64,000 bases of DNA from Octopus vulgaris (Eukaryota). A program made the position numbers and the translations under genes. A model generated the notes under the pieces. The model saw only the letters and a program-made list of their open reading frames with translations. It did no database searches and was not told the origin of the DNA. This document shows positions 52,001 to 64,000 of the stretch, in pieces. The number at the start of each line of letters is the position of its first letter. Within the stretch, counting starts at the first letter, position 1. Location: positions 83,762,001 to 83,826,000 of the forward strand of contig OX597817.1 in assembly GCA_951406725.2 (NCBI GenBank), in the 5' to 3' direction.

Positions 52001-52518
52001 GATTGAAAGGTTACATGCATCACAGAATTCCAGCAGTCTAGTTCCCTCATCATTTCTGGTGCCAATACCATGGCCACCGTGAAGATACCCGATTCCCGCC
52101 CAACATGCCCATTAAAATCTCCACCCACAAAGATGAGGTCCTTGCCACTAGTCTTTGAAGTAGCCTGTAGAAGGGTATCATAAAAGTTGTCCTTCTGATC
52201 ATTTGGTAGTCCCGCTTGTGGGGCATAGGCAGAGATAATCGTAGCTGTGCCACTCTGTAGGACCAACCTGAGCTTGAGCACTCTATCGCAAACCCTGACA
52301 ACCTCTATGACCTTATCCACCCATTTCTCCGCAAGGAGAATGCCTACACCCCCTACACCTTCCATGTTACCTTGCCAGAAGAGTTTGTACCTAAGTGCCT
52401 TGCCTGTGAGGACCCTAGCTGAAGCACCTCTCCATCTTACCTCTTGTATGCAGCATACATCAACCTGTCTTCTCTCAAGCATCTCTACAATCTCACTAGA
52501 CCTGCCTTTCAATGTACC
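49062..52518 (-). mobile_element. RTE-clade LINE, 5'-truncated (APE endonuclease + RT), frameshifted, (GAT)n tail, flanked by (TA)n
   Basis: ORFs 51961-52620 (CIQEVRW, ISAYAPQ, GGDFNGHVG), 50776-51831 (KAPGPSGI, NYRGIKLL) and 49547-50839 (FVDLEKAFD, QGSALSP, YADV, RLRWYGHV, GRGRPRKTW). Catalytic YADD reads YADV. Confidence 0.93.
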
Positions 52519-52533
52519 ATATATATATATATG

Positions 52534-52567
<34 letters not shown>

Positions 52568-53751
52568 TGTACGTATGCATGTATGTATTCAATGGGTTTC
52601 TTCCAGCTTCCATCTACCAAATATTGTCAAAAGGCTTTGGTCAGCCCAAAGCTATAGTAAAAGAAACTTACCCAAGGTGCCATGCAGTGGGACTGAACCC
52701 GGAACCATGTGGTTCAGAAGCAAGCTTAGCATTAAATCACATGTAATGACATTTGTGCATTAGTGAAGTGGTTTGTCAATAAGATCGTGAAATTAAAGAC
52801 TTTGTTTTGACTTTGGAAAGTCTATAAATCTCCATTTTATTTACACTTTTGGCAAATTATTAATTTAACAGTGAATCCAATAACTTTTTGAAATGAGGAA
52901 TCATTTGTGATGTTCAGGAATAATTGTAAAGATTGGAATTAAGCCAATGTACCATCTGCTTCTCTTAAAAATATAACAGCCTGCAGAATAGTGAAAGCTA
53001 CTGCGAAATACATACACACACACACACATAAATTATAGGTGCAGGCATGGTTGTGTGGTAAGAAGTTCACTTCCCAACCACATGGTCCCAGGTTCAAACC
53101 CATTGCATGGCATCTTGAGCTGGTGTCTTCTGTTGGGTCATCCCATAAATGAGTTTATTTCAATTGCATGAACTAAAAGTTAGAGGAGATAGGATATCTG
53201 TATTCTCAACGCACTGGCACTCTGTTGCACATGTACACTGACATTGCACATCTAGCAGAGCATTCCTTTCTAATCTTTGCATCTCCTCTGCATTCAGGGC
53301 CTGTTTCTCACAACCACGAAACATTGTAATTCGCACACATACATCATACACTCCTTCTTTCACTCAGAGAGGGAGGGAGGGGGAGAGAGAGAGAGTGACC
53401 TTTTGTCGCCAAAAGAAGTAAAAGCTCTCTAAACTTTATATATATATATATTTCATACATTTTCATCATTCTTTTATGTAACTGAAATGTGTCTACTTTT
53501 TTGTGGCAGCTGCATATAATTTCAACAATATTTTGTTATTTGCAGAAAGTTAAACAAAAGTTCACTCATCAGTCTTTACTATTGTTAATTTTATTTGAAA
53601 TCTCTCTTCAACATGATTTATTAAATATAATAAATGTCTTAAAATTCTGTTTTCTGTCTCCAACAAATATGTTCAATAACTTTGTGCCTGTTTTACATAT
53701 AATTGAATTTTTATTTTTTATTATAGTAGGCATAAATGATGATAATAATAA

Positions 53752-54255
53752 TATGGAAGTGTTATCATGTACAAGTTTTGTGTTGGTGTATAAGATGGGC
53801 TACAGCAAATATTCTGCTCGACACCACAGATTTGTTTGTCACTTGTTTGGCCTTTACCAGTTTAGCATGTCCCTTGGTGGCTGGTAATATGTGCATCTCT
53901 GATCATGAGCAGAAATAGAGGGGAAGTATCATAGCCATGTGTTGAGAGGAATTCTTTGGGGTTTGACTAATTCATCTCTGGAAAAAATGAGTCTTTCATT
54001 CAACATACCTAAACAGCACTTATTCAGGGACCTTTTAAACAGGATGGGCTACATGACCTGAAGAAAATTCTAAATGGGCCCCACCTGCAAGATCATGCAT
54101 TGGTTATTTTGATATAAGATTACCATGTTGCACACATATGGTTGTGATGCATGTGCCTTGTGTACCCTTATCAGACAGGTAGTCATGATGGCTATATTGG
54201 GCTCTATATATTTGTACTCCAATGTCACTTTGATGGCATGTGCTGCTCTCTAACA
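53752..54255 (+). mobile_element. (AAT)n-flanked retroposon, copy 3 (5'-truncated)
   Basis: Collinear, lacks the first ~50 nt. Confidence 0.85.
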
Positions 54256-54519
54256 CAATAATAATGATGATGATGATGATTTCAAATTTTGGCACAAGGC
54301 AAACAATTTCAGGGGAGGGAGTAAGTCAATTAAATCTACCCTGGTGGTCAACTGGTACGTATTTTATCAACTCTATTAGGATGGAAGGCAAAGTCCATCC
54401 TGGTAGCATTTAAACTCAGAATGTAAAGACTGATAAAATACCACTAAACATTTCGTTCAATGTGTTAATGATTCTGCCAGCATGCTGCCATAATAATAAT
54501 AATAATACTGATAATAATA

Positions 54520-55120
54520 ATAAGGAAAAAAATCAGAAAAGAATATTAAAGGAGAGTAAGACTGATTATGAAAATGGAACTGAATTCCCAGAATATAATT
54601 CAAGCCATTAATTTACTTGCTGTCCCAGTGGCACAGAGCAGTCATAATATAATTAACTGGAATATAAATGAACTCTAATGGGCATCAAAGCATGTAAACT
54701 AATGAGAGCAAACAAAATGCATCATAGAATCTATGTCCCTCAAAGATAGGGTGGTAGAGACCTCACCCATCTAGAATTATCCTGCAAGACCACCACAATA
54801 GGATTTAAGTCATTCAACCAGAATAACTATGACTGGATGATACAGCTAGTAATTCAACACGAAGGGGACAAAAAGCTATATTCCATCATTAAAGTGTAAA
54901 AGAGAACCAAACTTGGATATAACTGATGATGTCAGAGCTGCAATGCCAACTGAAGCAGCACAGCATGACAAGCAAGAAGCTGAAAAGAAAGTTCTGATAA
55001 AGCTTATAAACAAACGGCAAGTATCCCAAACAAACTAGGGAAGTAGATATCAATAAAGAAAGAACACATTAGTGGTCATGCAATTCCCGTCTAAAGGCAA
55101 ATGGTTGCTCAGGATCTACT
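54520..55120 (+). pseudogene. Older degenerate Dong/R4 ORF fragment
   Basis: Translates to KEKIRKEY.RRVRLIMKMELN..., AINLLAVPV, INWNINE and GGR...LELSCKTTTIG, homologous to the neighbouring element; has stops and indels. Confidence 0.8.
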
Positions 55121-55425
55121 CAGATGAAATTACCAAGTGAACATTGGTTCCATTTTCATAAGCAATCTTACTCTCCTTTGATATTCTTGCCTGATTTTTT
55201 CCTTATTATCATAATAATTATTATTATTATTATTGTTATTATTATTACTTTTTTTTTCTTCTTTCAAATTTGTTTCCATTTCTTGCCAAGTGTCTTCCCG
55301 ACTCCTAGGGCAAAGAAACTCATAGTATACATTGGTAGGCCATTAAACCAAACTCAATAGTTCGTTCATTTTTTTTAAAATTTTTTTTTTTAAGTTAAAT
55401 TAAAATACATGAGCAGCAACAGTTC

Positions 55426-58065
55426 TCACATCGACAATGCTCTTCTCAATATGTGTGATGTACCAGTTAAGACAATCTTTTGCACTTCTTGCAGGGATGG
55501 TAAGCCAGGGATCATTCTCATATAATTTTCGGTTCCCTTCTTGATCATTCCTAGAGCTCCTACAATCACTGGTATTGTAACCGCCTTGAGATGCCACATT
55601 TTCTCAATTTCAATGAGTAGGTCTTTATATTTTCTGAGCTTGTCAAACTCTTTCGCTGAGATATTATGATCACAGGGGATACTCATGTCGATCAATAAGC
55701 AAACTTTATTGTTTTGGTCTTTCACAACAATATCTGGTTTATTGGCCTTGATGGTTCGATCTGTATGTACTGGAAAGTCCCACAGAATGGTTACATTTTC
55801 TCCTTCAGTTACAGCCTCAGGGTGGTGATTATACCACTTGTCGGCAGTTTTGATATTGTAATGCCGACTTATTAGCCAGTGGAGATATTGGCCAACTCTG
55901 TCATGTCTTAATTTATACTCCACTGGTGCTAAGACTTTACATCCAGAGATTAGGTGGTCCACTGTTTCAATCATGTCGTTGCAGAATCGGCATTTTGGGT
56001 CTGCTCCATTTTTCATCACATTGGCCTGGTAGTTCCGGGTTAATAGGCTTTGATCTTGAGCAGCCAGGATGAAACCTTCGCTCTCTGCTTTTCGCCCTGA
56101 GCTCCGTAGCCACTGATGGGTTTGCTTCTGGTCAACATCAGCTTGTTTGCTGCGGGTCACATATTTGCCGTGCAGAGGTTTCTCCTCCCACCTAACAGCC
56201 AATTGCTCGTGCGCTTTATTCGTTGCCATCATTTTCACCTTCTTTGCAACAATAGTTGCCGTACTTCCCTCGGGTTGTTCAGTTTGAGTATCCTGCACGA
56301 GATCAATAGCAAATTTTTTGCTTTCCTTTATGATAGAATGAAGCTTCTTTCGTCTCTCGTGATTATCCACGTGCATTAGCATCCAGTCATTCGATATTTC
56401 GAGATATTTGGCCAGTCCAATTGTGGTTGTTTTGTAAGCTAGTTCAAATTGGATCAGGCCTCGACCTCCTTGGGCTCTGGGAAGGTAAAGGCGATCTACG
56501 TCTGCCTTTGGGTGGTGCATCCTATTACAACTCAGCAGCTTGCGTACTTTCCTATCTATATTCTTTACTTCACTCATATTCCAGTTCAACACATTGTAGC
56601 TATAAGTAACAACTGGAACTGCTAAGGAATTTATAGCTAACACCTTGTTACGTGCATTTAGTTCAGATTTCAGGACTGCACGAACTCTCCTATAACATTC
56701 CTTCCTGATCTTCTCTTTCATGCTTGCATGCTGAATACCAGAGCCTTCATTTATCCCTAAATATTTGTATGTTTGTTCTTGCTCAAGCTCTCTTATGACT
56801 GTGTCAACATCTAACACGACTGAATTTGTGGTCTTCACTTTCCCTTTCTGGAAAGTGGCCTTGGCACACTTCTCAAGTCCAAACTCCATCCCGATGTCAT
56901 CGCTGAATGCTTTCACGGTGCGCAATAGGCCTTCAAGTTCATTTTTGTCTTTACCATAAAGTTTTAAGTCATCCATATAAAATAGATGGCTTATTTTTTT
57001 ATTGGCAATTTTATACCCATACCCTGTTCTGTTTAATTCACTTGTAAGGGGTATTAGGGCTATACAGAATATTAAAGGTGAAAGTGAGTCACCTTGAAAA
57101 ATTCCACAGTTGATGTTTATATTTTCTGAGGCAAGTACTCCATTAGAGTGGTACAATTGGAGATTCGTATTCCACAACGACATATTGTGCTTCAGGAAGT
57201 TTGAAATCACAGGGGAAATTTTGAAGATGTCCAGCGATCTCAAGATCCATGGATGCGGTATACTGTTGAAGGCCTTTTTATAGTCAATCCATGCGGTGCT
57301 GAGATTTCTGCGCTTGTTGTGACAGTTCTCAAGGATCATACGATTGATTAGCAGTTGATCTTTGCATCCGTAAGAGCCTCGGCGGCACCCTTTTTGTTCA
57401 ATGGGGAAAATATTGTTCTTCTCCATGAATGCATATGTTTTCTCCACCAGGATAGATGTTAGGATTTTATACGTGGTGGATAGACAGGTTATAGGCCGAT
57501 AGTTTTTTGGAAGGTTGGTTTCGTTATTCTTTGGGAGTAGGTAAGTAATGCCACTTGCTAACCATTCAGGTGTTTTCTTTGGGTCTCTCATAATTTCATT
57601 GAGCAGCTGAACTAGCTTACTGTGTGCGCATGGGAGCGATGCGAGCCAGAAATTCGGCACCCTATCTTTACCGGGGGATTTCCAATTATGGGCCTTCGTG
57701 AGTGCCTTTCTTAGGTCTGCTATTGTGATGTCTTCCCATGCTTGTTGTTGTAAATTTTGGTAGGATCCTTCAGTTTGTATAATCCAGTCTGCATTTATGT
57801 TGTACGTCTTCTTGTCACTCCAAATCCTTTTCCAAAAGTTTTGAACTTCTTCCATGGGAGGGGGGTCTTTAACGGTTACTTTCTCCTTCCCTATTTCTCT
57901 GTAGAATTTTTTGGCATTGGATGTGAACAGCTTATTTTGCTTGTAAAACTTGTTTCTCTTCTCAAATCTTCGTATTCTTTGGGCTTTTGCTTGGACTTTT
58001 TGTTTCAGCGTTTCTTTTATTGATATCAGTTCTTCTCTTGGTGAGGATCCAAATTTTCTCTTCAT
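55426..58065 (-). CDS. Dong/R4 RT-RLE polyprotein, C-terminal 879 aa
   Basis: Uninterrupted ORF with RT, zinc-knuckle and PD-(D/E)xK motifs. Confidence 0.9.
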   Translation of the reverse strand: MKRKFGSSPREELISIKETLKQKVQAKAQRIRRFEKRNKFYKQNKLFTSNAKKFYREIGKEKVTVKDPPPMEEVQNFWKRIWSDKKTYNINADWIIQTEGSYQNLQQQAWEDITIADLRKALTKAHNWKSPGKDRVPNFWLASLPCAHSKLVQLLNEIMRDPKKTPEWLASGITYLLPKNNETNLPKNYRPITCLSTTYKILTSILVEKTYAFMEKNNIFPIEQKGCRRGSYGCKDQLLINRMILENCHNKRRNLSTAWIDYKKAFNSIPHPWILRSLDIFKISPVISNFLKHNMSLWNTNLQLYHSNGVLASENININCGIFQGDSLSPLIFCIALIPLTSELNRTGYGYKIANKKISHLFYMDDLKLYGKDKNELEGLLRTVKAFSDDIGMEFGLEKCAKATFQKGKVKTTNSVVLDVDTVIRELEQEQTYKYLGINEGSGIQHASMKEKIRKECYRRVRAVLKSELNARNKVLAINSLAVPVVTYSYNVLNWNMSEVKNIDRKVRKLLSCNRMHHPKADVDRLYLPRAQGGRGLIQFELAYKTTTIGLAKYLEISNDWMLMHVDNHERRKKLHSIIKESKKFAIDLVQDTQTEQPEGSTATIVAKKVKMMATNKAHEQLAVRWEEKPLHGKYVTRSKQADVDQKQTHQWLRSSGRKAESEGFILAAQDQSLLTRNYQANVMKNGADPKCRFCNDMIETVDHLISGCKVLAPVEYKLRHDRVGQYLHWLISRHYNIKTADKWYNHHPEAVTEGENVTILWDFPVHTDRTIKANKPDIVVKDQNNKVCLLIDMSIPCDHNISAKEFDKLRKYKDLLIEIEKMWHLKAVTIPVIVGALGMIKKGTENYMRMIPGLPSLQEVQKIVLTGTSHILRRALSM

Positions 58066-59119
58066 CTTTCTTCCTGTTCTGGATCTTACATCTGGATCTT
58101 ACACATATTAGTTCATTTAATATTGATATTTCCCCTCTCATAAATTCAATCTCTTTTTCAATTTTACTTCTCCAGGTTTGATTTCTTCCCAGGTTTTGTT
58201 TTCTTTGTTTTTTCGGGGGCATACAGCTGGTTTCAATTGCCCTAGCAGAAGCGTAAATAATTTCATTTAACTCAGTAAAATCAGGTTTTAATTCTCGTAT
58301 TATTTCATTTGTTACGTAGTTGCCAATTTGGATTTGTTTTTTATTTTGGTTTGTATTTGAGAGTTTATGAAGTGGTTCTCTATCATTCATACTTGTATGT
58401 CTTACGACTTCAAGCGTATTCAGGATTTTCTGCCTCATTTCTGCCATACACTCTCTGTGTTCTTCAGCAAATGCGGGATCTTCAGTTACTGTTGTTTTTT
58501 CGTTTTCCTGGCTATCTTTAACAGGTACAATAGAATTTCTTGTATCTTCATGCCTTTGCGTACTTTGGCCAGATGACAGTCTTTCAATTAAGCCTCGTGG
58601 CGGGCTATACTGTTCATCTGATTCTTCATTTCCTTTGTGTCTTATATTTATGTCATTTTCCGTTGCGTGCTTGATCGCGCTTATTTCACTGTCTGTGAGT
58701 CTGTTATTTCTAAGGATATCCCTCCTCACATTTGCTAATTTGTTCTCGTCCAAATAGGGCCTACTGTCTTGATTCCGTGTTCTCCATATACTGTAAGAGT
58801 TTGCGGTGTGTCTCTCTTGAGATGGCCTACCTAATGCATAGTAATAAGCGTATATTACTTCTTTATACTCTTCTCGGGTCCATTTGTTCTGCTTACATTT
58901 TTCTTTCTGTGGTGGTTGTGGTGGTGAACTTGGAGGGCTCGATTTGGGGGATTTCCCGTTCAAGTGACCATCCATGTCCGTATTCGGAGAAGAGTTTGTG
59001 CCAGTTGATGACTTTTCGATCCCAGGCTGGCTCTTCCCTGGGGGACGCGCTTCCAGATTAACCATTGGACAAGCGATTTGGTATACTGATTTAGTTTTCC
59101 TTTTAGTTTCCAAAAACAT
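57962..59119 (-). CDS. Dong/R4 polyprotein N-terminal part (frameshifted from the RT part)
   Basis: KWTREEY...YY and LANVRRDILRNNRL segments typical of R4/Dong N-termini. Joins the RT frame if one copy of a 13-bp duplication is removed. Confidence 0.8.
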   Translation of the reverse strand: MFLETKRKTKSVYQIACPMVNLEARPPGKSQPGIEKSSTGTNSSPNTDMDGHLNGKSPKSSPPSSPPQPPQKEKCKQNKWTREEYKEVIYAYYYALGRPSQERHTANSYSIWRTRNQDSRPYLDENKLANVRRDILRNNRLTDSEISAIKHATENDINIRHKGNEESDEQYSPPRGLIERLSSGQSTQRHEDTRNSIVPVKDSQENEKTTVTEDPAFAEEHRECMAEMRQKILNTLEVVRHTSMNDREPLHKLSNTNQNKKQIQIGNYVTNEIIRELKPDFTELNEIIYASARAIETSCMPPKKQRKQNLGRNQTWRSKIEKEIEFMRGEISILNELICVRSRCKIQNRKKDEEKIWILTKRRTDINKRNAETKSPSKSPKNTKI

Positions 59120-59628
59120 TTTGGTGCTACGATAATGTTATTTTTTAGCTTTGATTGGCTCGTGGGGAGTCGACCATCATTGCCGTTACAATTATAATCG
59201 TACCATTATAGCAGCCGTAGTCGGCTTATTATTGTTATTATCATCACCATCATTATCACTATCACCATTATCACCACCATCATCATCATCATCATCACCA
59301 TCACCACCATCACCACCATCATCATCAATGATATTGTTTTATGTGTAGTCACAGGAGTATCTTATTATTGTTATTTTTTTTTATCATTATCACCATCACA
59401 GTAGTGTCTGTCTGTCTCGTTGGCTGGCTTGGTGGTTGGCTGGCTGACTGTCTTCAACGCCAGAGTTCTTGCCTGTCAATTATAATACTTTCATATTTGG
59501 TTAACAATAGAGCCGAGGTGAGGTTTGTGTTGGTTGAATTCTTTGAGTGTGTGTGTGTGTAGATAGATAGATAGATTATCAGCATTATTATTGTTATTAT
59601 TATTATTATTGTTATTATTATTATTATT

Positions 59629-60067
59629 GAGTGAGAGAGCAGTTCATGCCATCAAAGTGACACTGGGGTAAAATATACGAAGCCCAATATACCCATCATG
59701 ACTACCCGTCTGATAAGGGCACACCAGGCACATGCATCACAACCATATGTGCGCGACATGGTGATCTCATATCAAGATAAACAGCACATGACCTTGCAGG
59801 TGGGGCCCAGTTAGAATTTTCTTCAGGTTGAGTAGCCCATCCCGCTCAAACGGTCCCTGAATAAGGGTTGTTTAAGGATGTTGAAAGAACCACCCATGTT
59901 TCCAGAGGTGAATTATTCAAACCCCAAAGAATCCCTCTCAACACATGGCTATGATGCTCCCCCACTACTTCTGCTCGTGATCAGAGATGCACATATCGTC
60001 AGCCACTAAGGGACATGCTCAACTGGTTATGGTCAAACAACTGACAAGCAAATCTGTGGTATTGAGC

Positions 60068-60106
<39 letters not shown>

Positions 60107-60620
60107 CATTATTATTATTATTATTTGAGAGAGCAGTACACGTCATCAAAGCAGCGGCACTAGAGTACAAATGTATGAAGCCCAATATAGACATCATAAC
60201 TACCTGTCTGATAAGGGTACACAAGACACATGCATCACAACCATATGTGTGCAACATGGTAATCTTATATCAAGATAAACAGTGCATGACCTTGCAGGTG
60301 GGGCCCAGTTAGAATTTTCTTCAGGTCAAGTAGCCCATCCAATTTAAAAGGTCCCTGAATAAGGGTTGTTTAATGATGTTGAATGAAACACTCATGCTTC
60401 CAGAGATGAATTATTCAAACCCCAAAGAATTCCTCTCTACACATAGCTATGATGATTTTCCACTATTTCTGCTCATGATCAGAGATGCACATATCGCCAG
60501 GCACCAAGGGACATGCCTAATTGGTGAAGGTCAAACAACTGACAAGCAGATTTGCAGTGTTGAGCAGAATATTTGCTGTAGCCCATCTTTTACACCAAGA
60601 CAAAGCATGTACATAATAAC
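59629..60620 (-). mobile_element. Two tandem inverted copies of the (AAT)n-flanked retroposon
   Basis: Reverse complements of the 32931 copy, separated by (ATT)n. Confidence 0.85.
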
Positions 60621-61920
60621 TGGGGAAGGTACAAATGGTGATGATGCTGAGAGAATCGACGGACGTGGATATCATGCATAATCCACCAGAGGTGAAAACA
60701 GCCAGGAAGTGGAAAGCAGAAGCAGAGACTGATGGCGTCTTATCTTCTCTTACACACTGAGATATGGTGGGTGCAACACAAAGTCATCAGAAAGGACTTG
60801 GTTTTGGCGCAGATCAGTTCAGACCATTTGCAAGTATGATGCGGAGTGAGCACCGATCTGTTGTTAATCATAGTATCAAAATGAAGGAAGCAGAGAGAAG
60901 AGAGCTTCATTTGATCCAATGTATTCAACAAGGACAGATGACGAGATGGGAGGAACATGTTGTTGAGAGGAAAATAAGTTGGGATGAGATATGGGGGTGA
61001 ACCATATCTCGACTAAGTTTTCTGATTTGTTCATCCTATAATGTTTTGCCATCACCTGCAAATTTAGTAAGATGGAACATTTCAGAGAATGATATATGCA
61101 AATGCAGTAAGGTCGGAACACTGAAACATATTCTTTCCAACTGTTCGCTAGCATTGAACATGGAGACACAACCTGGTCCTTAAGGTTATCTTTGATGCTA
61201 TAAAGAATCAAATTGATCTTAACAACAGTGAAAAAAAAACATTGAAAATACCAACTGGAGATTTCATTACCTTCATGTGCTCAGGACAGTGGATCCGTTT
61301 CAAGAAGAACAACAACAAACATCCTGCGAGCGATGAAAAGTAGCACTGCTTTTGGGAGGTGACTGCAGATTTACCAGGGTGCCAGGGTCTCCTTCCCATC
61401 CCAACAGTCATTTTAATATGGTGTGAAGCAAAGAAAATTGTGAATCTAGTCGAGTTCATGGTTCCTCATGAAAATAACATGGATGCTGCTCAGGCTCGAA
61501 AGGTTAACCATTATGTAAACCTCCTCAAGGAATGTGAAGACACAAGCTGGAAAGTGGAGCATTTTCCAATCTAAGTCAGATGTAGAGGGTTTGTTGGACA
61601 CAGTGTGAGATGACTTGTTATCGTTAGGCCTAACTCACTGTAAAGTAAATACCACCATGACCGATATTTAAACTATAGTGGAAAAGGCTAACCACTGGAT
61701 TTGGTTAAAAAGAGATGATGAGCGATGGTTAGAAGAATACTGAGCTTTATTTGATAACCAGTTGATCTAGCAAGCGAGGCCTCATATCAGTGAGGTGGGG
61801 GCCAGTGCACATTGATGCCGTCAAGAGGTAGGCCCCAAAACGGCACACATTCTCTCCTGATGACCCCATACACTTGCTGGCTTCCATTATGCAGAGTTCT
61901 CAACTAGTAGCACTTGCAAA
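60620..61920 (+). mobile_element. Degenerate 5'-truncated HERO-like RLE non-LTR element
   Basis: EVKTARKWKA, QQGQMTRWE..VERKISW, YNVLPSPANL..W, GTLKHILSNC and LVEFMVPHE...KVNHY...CRGFVG; many stops. Confidence 0.72.
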
Positions 61921-62152
61921 ACATTATTATTATAAGGCGGTGAGCTGGCAGAGTCGTTAGCACGCCGGGCAAAATGCTTTGCAGTATTTTATCTGTCTTT
62001 ACATTCTGAATTCAAATTCCAAAAGGTTGCTTTGCCTTTCCTCCTTTCAGGGTCAATAAATTAAGTACCCTCCCTCGAAATTTCAGGCCTTGTGCTTATA
62101 GCAGAAATTATTATTATTGTTATTATCATCATCATTATCATCATTATTAGTA

Positions 62153-62183
<31 letters not shown>

Positions 62184-63124
62184 TATGCCTACTATAATAA
62201 AAAATAAATATTCAGTTATATGTAAAAACAGGAACAAAGTTGTTGGAGATAGAAAACAGAATGATAAGACATTTATTATATTTAATAAATCATGTTGAAG
62301 AGAGATTTCAAATAAAATTAACAATAGCAAAAACTGATGAATGAACTTTTAACAGTTGTTTGACTTTCTACAAATAATAAAATATTGTTGAAATTACATG
62401 CGACTGCTACAAAAAAAGTAATAACACATTTTCTGTTAAATATATTATAATGAAGAAGGCTGCTTATTAACTAAGTATATAACAGTTCCTAAAAGTATTG
62501 AAAGAAAGCAATTATTAAAGACTTGACCATCTGGAAATTTTTTCATAAATTCATGTTCCAAGAAATTTCCTATAATTTCAGTTTCTGAACTTTATTGGAT
62601 TTTTGGACTCCAATTTTTCAAATTTAAATATTTGTTGCATTCATTGTTGAGTATTCCATTTTCATTTGCGAAGTCTCACACTCTCTGTTTCGATGCTTGC
62701 ATTTCAATTTTTAATTTGCTATTTGGAAAACCAACAGTTTATTCTATTAATATATATGTAATGTAAAAACATTATTTACTGAAATAAAATTTTTTAATAC
62801 ACTGGCATAATTTTTGTAACAAAAATTAAGAAGTGATTTTGTTGTTATGGCTATTTGGAATGCTATAAACCTTACAATAATAACTATCTGGACCGATTTT
62901 GGACCATTTTCTTTTTTAAATCAAAAACCATGGGAGGAGCCTTTTTTGGTAAAAAAAAAATTTTTTTTGAATTGTAAATATTTTGTCTACCCAAGAAATA
63001 TGAAAGGTGGAGTTAACCCCGGTAGGATGTGAACTCAAATAGTAAAAACCCAAAAGAAATGTTTCAAAGCATTTTTGCAATTCTATAACAATTCTGTAAC
63101 TTGACATCTTAATAACAATAATAG

Positions 63125-63570
63125 TCCTTCTTACTATAGGCACAAGGCCTGAAATTTGGAGGAGAGCACTGTAAATTCATAGACCCCAGTCCATAACTGG
63201 TATTTATTTCTTCAGCCCCAGAAGGAGGAATGGAAAAGTTGACCTTGCTGAAATTTGAACTCAGAGTGTAAAAATATAAAACACTGCTAATCGTTTCATC
63301 TGGTGTACTAAATACTCTGCCAGTTCGTCAGCTTAATAACAATAATAATAGTAATTCTTTCTACTAAAGGCACAAGGCCTGAAATTTTCGGGAAGAGGAC
63401 TGGTCAATTAGATTGATACCAGTGTTTCACTGGTACTTGATTTATCGACCCCAAAAAAGGATGAAAAACAAAGTCAACTTTGGCAGAATTTGAACTCGGA
63501 ACATAAAGATGAACAAAATACTGTTAAGCACTTTACCTGGCATGCTAATGATTCTGCCAGCTTGCCACCT
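63125..63570 (-). mobile_element. Two tandem Nin/Deu-core SINEs in AAT repeats
   Basis: Reverse complement of the 43460 family. Confidence 0.72.
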
Positions 63571-64000
63571 TAATAATAATAAGAACAACAAGAACAAGAA
63601 GGTTGGCCCATTATTTCATGCATGCATTTAAGTATATAGACTTGGTTAAAAAAGACGTCAAATTCATATTAAAGCAGTTCTTTATTCTTTATCTTGTATT
63701 AGCCATCATGGCTAAAGCCAGGTTGGAACACAGCATTCAGTGTACGTTTTATTTATTTCATTTATTTATGGAGATTAAAATACATTAAGAAATAAATATA
63801 AAAAGCAAAAACATCTAGATCTTTCTATCTTAAATGACACCTGCCAATATGTCTATCTTGCATTCAGTCAAATGGAAATACAACTTGATAGCAAAATCAT
63901 TTGCAAACTGTACATGTTTTGTGTTTTACTTTTGTAAGAAAAACTGTAAAAGAAATGTTAAGCCTGTACTTTTATTATTTCTTGCTACTTTGTAATAATT

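Larger units (their letters stand above)
55248..59225 (-). mobile_element. Apparently full-length R4/Dong-clade non-LTR retrotransposon (RT + CCHC + restriction-like endonuclease)
   Basis: ORFs 57962-59119 and 55426-58065. RT motifs YRPITCL, AWIDYKKAF, GIFQGDSLSP, YMDD; CRFC...HLISGC finger; KPDIVV...IDMS...KLRKY RLE. A-rich 3' end running into (TAA)n, with TAA repeats at the 5' end. Confidence 0.92.

Noticed and set aside
59120-59225. HDV-like ribozyme in the Dong 5'UTR
   Set aside because: I could not assemble the P1/P3/P1.1 pairings by eye; needs a descriptor search.
61825-61870. Permuted hammerhead in the HERO-like 3'UTR (caaaac...ctgatga)
   Set aside because: GAAA is absent and the stems are unconvincing.

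Overview
Eukaryotic, AT-rich, microsatellite- and repeat-dense genomic DNA. The SINE/LINE families strongly suggest an octopus or other coleoid cephalopod (inference). The only host gene seen is an internal part of a focadhesin (FOCAD/KIAA1797) orthologue on the + strand. It has six GT-AG exons (457-532, 3746-3904, 7081-7234, 28183-28368, 36646-36761, 37462-37554) that splice in frame; the rest of the window is intron. The introns hold a near-intact R4/Dong-clade RLE LINE, a long RTE LINE plus many fragments, a Naiad-type and other Penelope-like element (PLE) remnants, a degenerate HERO-like LINE, several tRNA-derived SINE families, TTAA/piggyBac-type MITEs, Helitron-like elements and a tRNA-Asp pseudogene. 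The main unusual signal is a set of PLE-type minimal hammerhead ribozyme motifs with non-canonical cores: a compensatory G3:C8 swap, and U6 and C4 variants. Others are a 9-kb nested palindrome that trapped (AAT)n-associated retroelements, crossing inverted duplications next to a splice acceptor, a tRNA-Asp/RTE chimera and a G-U-compensated intronic hairpin. Repeat boundaries were read by eye and are approximate. Most short ORFs in the track are microsatellite artefacts.
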